DNA of 64,000 nt from Paraspadella gotoi. Its lineage: Eukaryota > Animalia > Chaetognatha. Below are positions 14,280 through 27,508 of the stretch, one piece after another. The DNA lies in contig CM119264.1 of the NCBI GenBank assembly GCA_051294375.1, positions 3,542,689 to 3,606,688 on the forward strand, written 5' to 3'. Numbering within the stretch: the first letter of the stretch is position 1; the number at the start of each line of letters is the position of its first letter. The translations under genes were made by a program, and so were the position numbers. The notes under the pieces were generated by a model. The model was given only the letters and a program-made list of their open reading frames with translations. It searched no databases and was not told the DNA's origin.

Positions 14280-14752
14280 GTAAAAGCTTTGAGGAGTTCC
14301 CTCGACTTGCAGCCCTTTCATTAGTGATTGAGTGATACTCAAGGCTTAAGCAGTGGCCCTTGAGATGGCAACTGGGTGGGAATTGATTAAAATGGTCTCT
14401 GAATTTACTTTTATCATTAGGGTCATTTAAATTACTTTACAGATCAGTGAAAAACCTTATATCCCGAAAAATAATGAAAATGTCATGATGACGCCATTAC
14501 TTTTAAGTCTGCAATGATTCTTCTCACGCTTTGTCCCACGAGATCCGGAGATCCCGAGTTTAAAACTTTAAAGAAAAAGGTCAAATAGCGAAATAACTCG
14601 CACACTTCTTGGCCCTGATCGAGCATAATTTAAAGCTTCTCTTAAACGTCTCTCGAATTAGAGGGGATGAGAGGCAGAGAGAGAGAAGAGGAAAGAGGGT
14701 CGGAGAGGGAGAGAATGGGAGAAGAGCAAAAAAAGAGATGATAATAAAAGAA

Positions 14753-14849
<97 letters not shown>

Positions 14850-15813
14850 CATCTCCAGGGAACGCTGAAAAAAGATGGCTCTGTCGTCTAGCGCTCGCTT
14901 AACCGGAAGTGACTGAGGCTCGTGGACGGAATCTCGGACTAGGAGACGGCGCCGGGCGAAGGGCGCGATCTCTACGCCAAAACGCCGGCGCGGTCTCGGC
15001 GCCCCCGGAGCGATGGACGCCGATTTAAATCACGTCTCAAATTTTTTTCTCCTTTGGAATTTCTGAAAAGGGGATGGGCCGACCGACGGAGAAACCCAAA
15101 CAGACCTGAAGAACGTTGACAGGCCTTTCCCAAGATGCCGAAGACGATTCGCAATTTCTGCGCAGTAAAGGGTTTTAATCATAGGCGACCTTGTCATGTT
15201 CACTTGACACTTTAAAGTTCAAACAGTCGATGTTAGATATTTTTCAGTGATTTAATAATACTTCGGCGCTGGCCAACTGTTTTCTCACCTGACGCCTCAC
15301 CTGAACAGAGAAAGAAGGCGGGGCAATGAAAACACATTGCACAATGCAGAACGGCATGGTAATCATTATGTTCATTTTCATTGTTTTCATTGATTTTTGC
15401 AAACAGAAAACTTTATCGTCCTGGGAATTTTTCTTGTCGTCGTCATCGTCATTGCGGTCGTTTTCCTTCTTGTTCCGTCGAAAATTTTAATTGGTGTCAT
15501 GTCGATGTTTATTTATCGTCGTCATCGTCGTCGTCATCGTCATTGTCAAAGTCGTTTTAATCGCAGTCATCGTCGTCGTCGTCATTGTCATCAAGGTCAT
15601 TTTCATCGCAGTCATCGTCGTCGTCATTTCCATCGCATTAATTTAAGCGAGAGATTTCTTTATTGCCGTCGACTTCTCGTTCAAGATTCCGTCATCAACT
15701 TCTTTTATGCAGGATTCGTCCCCAACGTCATCATAATCGTCGTCGTCGTTGTCGTCGTCGTTGGGCAATTTCTCCAGAAGGCATAACGCTCTCTCTCTCT
15801 CTCTCTTCTTCTC

Positions 15814-15848
<35 letters not shown>

Positions 15849-15944
15849 CTCTCGATTTTAAGCCCAGACGCTCGGACTGACTCCTCCGCAATCTGGCAGG
15901 ACTATTGAGTGGGACAAAGGAGGGCGACGTGAGTGGTGGGTGCT

Positions 15945-17905
<1,961 letters not shown>

Positions 17906-18376
17906 GTGTCCTCTGCGCTTCCATTCTTCACGTTTAGCCTCTCTTCAATATGGCGCCGGCCGGACGTCGTCTCTTCTGACCCGCGGACAGTTTCTGTGAC
18001 ATTTGGGGTGATTTCACTCTCTTTGACCCCGAGGGGGTGATTCGCTTCTTCGCCCCAGTTGCTAAGTTTTTTTTTCTTTTTTTGATTATTTTGGAATGAG
18101 CATTTCGAAGTCTGTTTCTCTTCAATTCAGATTCTTTATGAGTCTTTCTTCTTTTTTTTCTTTCCTAACTTTATTTCGTTTTTCTTTCTTACTTTATATT
18201 TATCTTTCGTTCTTTCTTTCTTTCTTTCTTTTTTTATTTATTTTTTTTCTTTCTTTCTTTCGTTCTTTCTTTCTTTTATATTTCTTTTCTTTTGATGTAA
18301 AGTTGTGTTTTCAACAAACAGTTCGTCTTATCTCTTGACTCTGTTTAACCTTTTCGTCCGGAGGGGAAACTTTAGC

Positions 18377-18445
<69 letters not shown>

Positions 18446-18576
18446 CACACATTCTCTGTTTTTTAATACCCGTAATATAATTGTTATGATAATTGTATAT
18501 TTATCCTTGAAAATGTTTTATGTTTCATTTTTCCCTATAAAAACAATGACATGATTGTAAGATTTTACTTTTTTTG

Positions 18577-19320
18577 TCTTAATCTTTCCTCTATTTTCAT
18601 TAATCTTCATCCTTTTGATTTACATTTGTTCTTCTTAATCTTTCCACACTTTTCATTAATCTTCATCCTTTTGATTTCCATTCGTCCTTCTTAATCTTTC
18701 CTCTCTTTTCATTAATCTTCATCCTTTTGATTTCCATTCGTTCTTTTTAATCTTTCCACACTTTTCATTTAATCTTCATCCTTTTGATTTCCATTTGTTC
18801 TTCTTAATCTTTCCACACTTTTCAATAATCTTCATCCTTTTGATTTACATTTGTTCTTCTTTATCCTTCCTCTCTTTTCATTAATCTTCATCCTTTTGAT
18901 TTCCATTCGTTCTTTTTAATCTTTCCACACTTTTCATTTAATCTTCATCCTTTTGATTTCCATTTGTTCTTCTTAATCTTTCCACACTTTTCATTTAATC
19001 TTCATCCTTTTGATTTCAATTTGTTCTTCTTAATCTTTCCACACTTTTCATTAATCTTCATCCTTTTGATTTCAATTTGTTCTTCTTAATCTTTACTCCC
19101 TTTTCATTAATCTTCATCTTTTGATTTCCATTTGTTCTTCTTAATCTTTCCACACTTTTCATTAATCTTCATCCTTTTGATTTCCATTCGTTCTTCTTAA
19201 TCTTTCCACACTTTTCATTAATCTTCATCCTTTTGATTTCCATTCGTTCTTCTTAATCTTTCCACACTTTTCATTAATCTTCATCCTTCTTTTCATTTCC
19301 ATCTGTTTTTCTTCATCTTC
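18577..19320. repeat. Minisatellite, ~56-bp unit, about 13 copies
   Basis: Unit TTCATTAATCTTCATCCTTTTGATTTCCATTCGTTCTTCTTAATCTTTCCACACTT. Confidence 0.9.
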
Positions 19321-20029
19321 CACTTCTCGAACACGGGACGCATTTCACTTAATTTGCATGAGAGAGACGAACTCGAAATTTCCGCTCCAAGTCTTTCCGT
19401 CGATGGAACCGAGATGGAACCTCTTCTCCCCCCCCCCGCTCTCCCCCGCGTAAAAAATAAGTTCTTCTATGGTTCCCTTCATAATGTTCCGAATTTCACT
19501 CATTGGCACGCCCGCTTCATCTGGGCCGAGCCCTAGACACATCTTCATTCTTGAATGTCGTTAAAAAGTTGGGTTTTTTTTTTTCATTTCGTGATATGTA
19601 AAAGATTAAATGGTGATGCAGTGTTTTTGCGAGCGAGGTTATAATAATTCTACGTATTAATCTAATACGAAACTAAAGACTCCTTTCAGTGTTTTCAACT
19701 TTTTAAAATGAGTACAAAAATATTTAAAATAAATGATAATAAATAAAGTATTTGCCCTCAAAATTGGTGAAAGTTTCCAAGTTGACAAGTTCGTTTCTTA
19801 ATAGCAATGACCATTGGGCCATAAGATAAGACCATAGTTAACCGGTCTCCCCAGCTTCGTTCCCCAGCCCCACTCTCTCTCCTTCTTCCCTTTTTCCCTC
19901 GCCCCTCCCCTCTATTTTTCTCCCCCCCCTGCCTCCCAAATGTCGCGCGAAAGTCTTTACCAAAATTTCCCTTCCCTCTCTCGAGTGAATCGAACGAGGA
20001 TGGAAATGAGCGTAATGATGACGACCCAC

Positions 20030-20065
<36 letters not shown>

Positions 20066-21438
20066 GAACAAGGTTCATCTTAAAGTCGAACTAAAAAAGA
20101 GTCGAGGTCTTAAAATGAGAGAATTTCCAGATTTTCGCGGTTTGAATTTGAATGGACTTTTGAGAAGATGTCGAGATTGTCAAAAGGGAGGATGGGAGGA
20201 GAGAAAGATAAGGAGGGAGGGGGGAAGAAGGCGGGGGTGAGAGGGAGGGAGGTGGGGGAGATAAGGAGGAAGGGAACAGTTAAGGAAGGAGAGGGAGAGG
20301 GAGAGAGTTAGAAGAAGCTTTCACGCCGAGTAGAAAAGATAAGCGAGCCTCTTAAAAAAGAAAAAAAAAGACAAGAAAGAGGAATAACGGAGAGAGGCTC
20401 GGAAACTCACTAACTTTTATAATAAAGAATCTTTTGTAATTGAAAAAGCAGGTATTAAAGATTACAATAAATGATAAAAAAAAATAGAGAATTAAAAAAG
20501 GCTGCGATTCGAATGAAACTAGAATTTACAATCTCCAACGATTGCGTCATAAAAAGTCAAGACCCTTGGCTTAGACGTCATTCCTAATGGTGGAGATTAT
20601 TTCGACAGGCTGTCGAAAGAAGAAGAAGAAAATAATGATGACATCGACTCCAGTTTTGCGATTCTCAAGATTTGTCTTGAGCGGTTGACATTGCTTTAAA
20701 AATCCCAGAAGTTATTGTCATAAAAGTCTCAAGATTTATAACGTTGATTAAAAAATCGAATCTTTCAGTCAATAAGACAATATACGTAGACATTTCGAAC
20801 TTTAAGATTTTAAAATCCATCGACTGGTAACCGAAATAATCCTTAAAAATTCAAATGTTAGAAAAACAGTTAAACTAAGTAACCTTTAATATTTATCAAC
20901 TCATTCGACCCAATTTTCCTTTCCACAATAAAAAAAAAAAAAACTCACGGACAAAAACATTGGAGAATTCGATTTTCTCGTCCGCGCAATTTGGAAGACC
21001 GAATCGTGGGGAAGAGAGAATTGGGGCATGGAGAAGGGCATGGAAGGAGCATGGACAAGGAATGGAAGAGGAGTGGAGAGAGAAGAACGTGTTTGATCGA
21101 AGAACTATTCAAGCAGCGCTTGGTTCATCAAATATATAAATATAGGGAGAAAAAGTAAACTCCGCATGTTACGACATGTCCAATGGACATTGTCCATACA
21201 TGTCAAGTCAGTTTATGTGAAACTGATTCGAGACACGAAACACAATCGTCGTGAACGTTCAAAATTATATCAATAATTTTATTTTAAAACAAAACTTCGA
21301 AATATGGGTTTAACAGTTTCCCCACGTCTCACTGATAACCTCGGCCCGTCCTACGAACGCCCTCAGAGACTCATTGAGCAAATTAAACACTCCACAAGTA
21401 TTTCCGAAGAATTATCTGGCGAGAACAAATCTGATTCA

Positions 21439-21487
<49 letters not shown>

Positions 21488-21533
21488 TCTCCTCTTTTGC
21501 TTCCTTATCCTCACTTCTTAGAATGAAGAAAAT

Positions 21534-21593
<60 letters not shown>

Positions 21594-22779
21594 AGAGGAG
21601 AGAGAGAGAGAGGAGAAAGAAGAGAGAGAAGAGAGAGAGAGAGAGAGCTTTATTTCTTTTGAAATCGATGATGAAGCGGTTTTCATCGACGACGATAGCG
21701 TCGGTGGCGGCGGCGGCGGCGCCGGCGGCGGAGTTCGGCGGAAGCGGCGGCGGCAAACTCTCTCTCCCTCCGCCATTTTTCAGCTGCGGTCGCTTTTCAT
21801 TTTTCCGCCGTGAACTCAATCCAATTATGACGAGTTTCAAAACATTTGTTCAAGAAATCAAACCCGAGGGTGAGGGAAGGGTAAGGGATGGGAGCTGGGC
21901 CGCTGAAGGAGGTGAGGAGTCTTGGGAGAAAGTGGTTGGAAAGATTGAAGGTCGGTGTCTAGATTAAAACGGGATGGAACCTACTTAAGTAGAAAAGTAG
22001 TGGAGAATGACCGGCGCTTGTTAAAGTAGGTACAGACTACTGAGGTAAAGAGCATAGGTGAGTCAGATGTTAGGTTTAAAGATTGGGTCAGATGTTAGGG
22101 TTAGAGATAAGGATTAGGTTAGGGTTAGGGATTGAGTTATGGAAAAGGGAGCTCGGTCTAAGAAGTCTCAGTAGAAAGTATATGAACTTTGCTGAATCAG
22201 TAAAAACTGTAGGGAAAAAGACAGAAAACTTTTTAGGAAAGATGGGAAGTGTTCTACAAAATAAAGGAGGGGGGGGCATATAGTCGTTCCAGCTGGGTAG
22301 CGAGGCTGTATGAAATTTTATGCTGTCCATCTTACTATGGCTTCAATGTGGGGGAAGGCGCGGTCGGTAACCAATCGAGCGAGATGATTTTTATTCGAGT
22401 TAAAAAGAAATAAATGAATAGACGGCGGATGGACAAATGGACAAATGTTAAGAAATTGATGACTGCGAATTTGATTTCGGATGTAACGTGAATAAGTTAA
22501 TGTTTGGTAGCCATAGCCGATGAAATTCAAATGCTAATGTATACAGCGTTAAAATAATCTATCATGAGCATAGATTATAGTATTTATTTTATATTTATTC
22601 AAAATGCTTTTTTCTGAGGGTACTTGCCTATATAAAATTATTATATTACTATATAAAGAAGATTGTTTTTTTTTAATCTTAATATTTTTAGATGGATTCT
22701 GATAGAGCATAACAAGTTAAACAAAGAATATAATTACAACTTTGTGATTAAACTTTCTTTCGTTGTGTTTTAGGTAATT

Positions 22780-23299
22780 TGAAAATGAAGACAAAGTCTT
22801 GTTACAGCAACGATTTTATTTTAATGTACAGACAAGTTTCGGCTTTCATTCAAGCCTTCATCAGTGCTTTGACAATTCACAGTTTTCATGTTTTCCAAAT
22901 TAACTTTGGAAGAGAGAGAGAGAGAGAGAGAGAGAAATAGAGAGAGAAGAAATGGCCAACAAAGATATGAGACAGGACAGTGGTGAAATGTGAGGACAGG
23001 TTTAAGTTAGTAGAGAGAGAGAGAGAGAATGTGAGGGAAAAGAAATTAAATTTGTGAATGAGGGAGAGAGAGACAGAGAAGCAGAGGTTAACATTTGGTA
23101 AGAAGAGTTTACATTAGAAAATGTACAACAATGATAAATTTAATAAATAGACAGACTTAAACAAACTAAAATATTTAAATTAATTCAGATAAATTAATTA
23201 ATAAAGGAGTGAAGTTTAGATGAAATTGAAATAAAGATGTTGAGGGATAGGTAAGTGAAAGAGTAAGAGAAAAATAAGAAAAAGAAAAAGCTCAAAATG
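22780..23299 (-). repeat. Left (inverted) pseudo-LTR of the PLE
   Basis: Reverse complement of 26123-26639 with only a few indels or substitutions visible by eye. Confidence 0.93.
22824..22878 (-). ncRNA. Minimal type I hammerhead ribozyme (inverted copy)
   Basis: Reverse complement of the 26543-26597 motif (ACAGACAAGTTTCGGCTTTCATTCAAGCCTTCATCAGTGC on the + strand). Confidence 0.85.
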
Positions 23300-26130
23300 G
23301 GTCCTCGAATTGACGAAACGGCGTCTTCTCTCGAACTTCGTCAGTCGATGCCACAAGAAATTATCTTGGCTACGATCGGAGCGTCGTCTTTTACACGATC
23401 ACCTAGCACATCTCCTCCAACCGGAGGAGCTAAATCGCTGGATCCAAAACATCGAAAGGGATGCCGCGCAAACTTTCGTAGCAACGAAACAAAGACAACG
23501 GAAAAAGTTGGAGGACCTTCGTATGCGCCGCGCACAGGATGCTCTCGAACAGGATAAGCGACGGCAAAAGCGCAACGAACTATTCCCTCTTTCCGATGAC
23601 GAGGTTCGGGAGGCCCAAGGACGCTGGCTCATCAATCGACATCATACACTCTAACTCCTGATGAAGACCTAGTACTTAGAAAAGGTTTGTCTATGTCCCA
23701 ACACCTTTGAACATTCCTGTTTTTTGATCTCATCGTCGGCGTTGAAACAGGAGCCCGGCTCCTGAATCAACAGCCCGAAGCGGCGGCTACCCTTCGGGCG
23801 ACGGCGCGAGGATGCTCAAGGCCAAACGAGCTCCTCCCCCGTCAAATGTCGGTACAAGTGAACGCAAGGCCATTGCTTCACTTAAGCGCAATCAGGCAAT
23901 CATGGTTCATCCCGCAGATAAGGGACGTGCTGCAGTAGTCATGAACGCTCACGACTACAAGGACAAGGTATTAAAAATGATGGCAGACAGGGGTACGTAC
24001 AAGTTACTACCCAAGGATCCGACTCTCACATACAGAGCTCGCATCCAGACAGTGACAAGCAAGATACGTGAATACTGTCCCGCGTCAGTATTTCACAGAG
24101 TCAATCCTGACTCAACGCAGCCGCCCCTTTTCTTCGGTCAACCAAAGGTGCATAAGCCCGATTTGCCGTTACGCCCGATCGTTTCTGCCCGCAATTCCAT
24201 TTTTAATGGAATGACGAAGGAGCTGGGACGCATTCTCACTCCTCTCGTCGGAAACCAACACCACCTCCGGAACTCTGTTGATCTGACGGATAAGTTGCAG
24301 CATATCACAGTGCCCGATACTCATCTCTTGGTCTCGTGCGACTTGCAAAGTATGTTTACTAATATCCCCCAGGAACTGGCGTTAATGTCAGCAGAACGCC
24401 GCCTGAGGGGAGACCAGTTGTTGCACGAGCGTACGCCAATCCAATTGGATGATATCATGGCACTGCTGCGGCTGGACCTGGAACTGGCGTACTTCAGGTT
24501 CGATGGACAATACTATGCCCAGCCTGGTGGCTTAGGGATGGGCAAGTCAACATCAAGTCCTCTGGCAGATTTTTTATATGGAGGACTATGAGGTGGAAGC
24601 TTTGGAATCCTTCCGATCTCTGCATGGGGCAGAGTCAGTCCTCTTCTGGTATCGGAAAGCAGACGATACAATACTGGCCGTGAAAAGGGATCTGGTCGAT
24701 ACCCTTCTAACCCACCTGAACAGCATTGAAGCAAGTATCAAGTGGACATGTGAAAAGGAGGTGAATGGGCAAATTCCAATGCTCGATGTGCTTATAAAGC
24801 GCAAAGAGGGCGGCTCATTGGAGTTTTCTGTCTATCGCAAACCAACCCACACTGACCAATACATTCCCTTTGATTCACATGCCCCCTTGTCTCACAAGCT
24901 TGCCACGGTCAGGTCCCTTACCAGGAGAGCCGCTCTGATTCCGTCGACCACCGAGCTCCGGGCCGCCGAGCTTGAGCATGTCAGAAGGGCCTTGGCGCTC
25001 AATGGTTACCCTCTGTGGGCTTACGAAAAGGCCAGGTATTGGCAGAACCTGGTTGAGGGCAGTGGCCACCAAGGGGCTGCCCAAGTAGCCGCTGACGCAA
25101 GTCCAACCTCCAACCCCAGGAGGAAGGGCAGGACCTTGCTGCCGAACAGCCTACCGCGCCCACCACACGCGCAACTGGAAACTAAGCAAAAGCGTCCTAA
25201 GAAGTGGGTTACTTGTCCCTCCCCTACCACCAGGGGATCACTGAAGCATTGGTGCGGGTGCTAGGAAAGCAGGGATCTCCACTTCAGTGATGACCCGCGG
25301 CTCTTTACGTGAGCATTTGGTGAAACCGAAAGACAAAATCCCCAGACCGAAAACATCAGGAGCCGTCTATTGGGCGGCCTGTGCAGGGGCGGGCAACCAA
25401 GCCTGCACAGCAGCATACGTGGGTGAGACAGGGAAGTCTCTGACAGATCGGTTCAAACAACACACAAAACCTTACCGTGACTCACGTGGTCACTTCCTGT
25501 CGGCAGTAGCAGAGCATTCGGCAAATACTGGCCATCTGTTCAGAGAAACTGACTGTCTTGTGCTGTCCCATGACCCAAACTGGTTCTCAAGAGGTATTAG
25601 AGAGGCGAATACATCAAAGCCCTCGAGCCTCTCTGAACCGTGATGGAGGACGATTCGACCTCCCTCCTAGCTATGATTCGCTTATTAAAAGTTGGGTGGA
25701 GCGCCCTTCTCCACCACAGCCGCACGATGACTCTCCTGCCCCACTCAACGGGCCAGGCGGAGACCTCCCGATACGCAAGGATGTCCGATGCCTCATCCTC
25801 TCCTGCAACAACCCAGTCCGACTCTCCTCGGATCGGGCGCCCACCAAAAAGACGGTTACAGGAGGAGGAGAGGGAGTCTGTAATTCCCGTTGCAAAAACA
25901 GGCGAAAACAGACCACGCCCGCCTCGCCAACAGGCGAGACGAGGGCCGTCGGCAGGTTTATCAGGCCTGAGAGATATTCGAGTTGCACTTGGCCTCTTTC
26001 CGCCTGGGTCTCTACCGGACCCGTCCATGTCGCACTCCACCACAATAGCCTCTCAGCCTATGACAAACCAATGACCCAACCACATCGTCAGCATCCCCCA
26101 TTGTTGACCCGGGGGGCCAGCTCATTTTGA
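23300..26130 (+). pseudogene. PLE polyprotein (reverse transcriptase + GIY-YIG endonuclease), 5'-truncated and split by several frameshifts
   Basis: PLE motifs appear in order across ORFs 23310, 23812, 24578, 25287 and 25558: LIN..LTPDEDLVLRKGL, PADKG, PKVHKPDLPLRPIV, CDLQSMFTNIP, GLGMG, WYRKADDT, VYRKPTHTDQY, LNGYP, GAVY..C....C.AAYVGETG, LNRDGG. At least one shift is at a T run (24550-24555), so some shifts may be assembly errors. Confidence 0.9.
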
Positions 26131-26639
26131 GCTTTTTCTTTTTCTTATTTTTCTCTTACTCTTTCACTTACCTATCCCTCAACATCTTTATTTCAATTTC
26201 ATCTAAACTTCACTCCTTTATTAATTAATTTATCTGAATTAATTTAAATATTTAGTTTAAGTCTGTCTATTTATTAAATTTATCATTGTTGTACATTTTC
26301 TAATGTAACTCTTCTTACCAAATGTTAACCTTCTGCTTCTCTGTCTCTCTCTCCCTCATTCACAAATTTAATTTCTTTTCCCTCACATTCTCTCTCTCTT
26401 CTCTACTAACTTAAACCTGTCCTCACATTTCACCACTGTCCTGTCTCATATCTTTGTTTGCCATTTCTTCTCTCTCTATTTCTCTCTCTCTCTCTCTTCT
26501 CTCTCTCTTCCAAAGTTAATTTGGAAAACATGAAAACTGTGAATTGTCAAAGCACTGATGAAGGCTTGAATGAAAGCCGAAACTTGTCTGTACATTAAAA
26601 TAAAATCGTTGCTGTAACAAGACTTTGTCTTCATTTTCA
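26123..26639 (+). repeat. Right (3') pseudo-LTR of the PLE
   Basis: Begins at the end of the ORF. Contains pyrimidine-rich tracts, the hammerhead and AATAAA at 26599-26604. Confidence 0.93.
26543..26597 (+). ncRNA. Minimal type I hammerhead ribozyme (PLE-associated)
   Basis: GCA-CTGATGA-A-GGCTT(gaatga)AAGCC-GAAA-C-TT-GTC-TGT. Core CUGAUGA at 26555-26561, 5-bp stem II, GAAA at 26579-26582, 2-bp stem III, GUC cleavage triplet at 26586-26588, stem I GCA/UGU. Confidence 0.85.
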
Positions 26640-27508
26640 GATTACAACTTTTAAAAATTCTTACGTTTTCTCAGTAAAAATATAAAAAAACCGAATCATT
26701 GAAAGATGAAGATAATGACGATTTTTTATGGTTTTTTTATTTTTGACCTACTAGACAACTTTTTATGATCTATCTGAATGTGGTCTTAAAATTTAAAATC
26801 TATAAATAAATAATAAAAAATTAATTACTAGGGTATAGAAATTGAAAGTATACTTAAAAATGTATAAATTTTAGTTTGAGCATTGAGCAATGAGCAATGA
26901 GTAATTGAGTATATGTACTCACTCAAAATTTTTGACTCACCCCATTGAGTACGGCTATCCCTATCTTTGTGAAACGTTTTTGAAACGGATTTAGTTGCGA
27001 ATTAGAAAAACTAAACATCACGCTAAACCAAACCAAAAAACAAAAAACAAACAAAAGGCAGCAACGATCGAAATAGGATTGGAATTTCGCTCCGGAATCG
27101 AGTGCAACGATCGTGATCGATCTCCCAAAGTCACCTGACGATAATCATCGAAATTCCCTCGTAATTTTTATTTTTAATGATTCAGGTTTGTGGTACAAAA
27201 TCGGGGAGAGGAGATTACAATTCGATGCCGCAATTTCTTTTAATTGAAGAGATTTTAAATCTTTCCCAAGCATCTTTCAAACAAGAAGTCAAATAGATTG
27301 TAAAAAGATTGTCAAAAACTCGTACGAATTCTTCATTACAGAGGGAAAATGTGACGAAGTGAAACTAGGTTATCGAGCGGCAACTTTTCATCGATCGCCG
27401 CGAATTTTTGATCGATAAAATTTTGATATAAATAAAGAGAAGAGCATCGATTTGAGTTCGCGATTTCCGACAAGAAATAAAAGAGCAATCCGAAGACGTG
27501 CGCGAAGG

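Larger units (their letters stand above)
22744..26640 (+). mobile_element. Penelope-like retroelement (Penelope/Poseidon-type, GIY-YIG endonuclease-containing) with inverted pseudo-LTRs
   Basis: The central RT + GIY-YIG reading frame is flanked by near-identical inverted repeats at 22780-23299 and 26123-26639, each containing a hammerhead core. ATTACAACTTT occurs at 22733-22743 and again at 26641-26651 (putative TSD). Confidence 0.93.

Noticed and set aside
22780-26639. Long terminal inverted repeats suggesting a cut-and-paste DNA transposon or Polinton
   Set aside because: The interior encodes PLE RT and GIY-YIG, not a DDE transposase or PolB, and the repeats contain PLE-type hammerheads.
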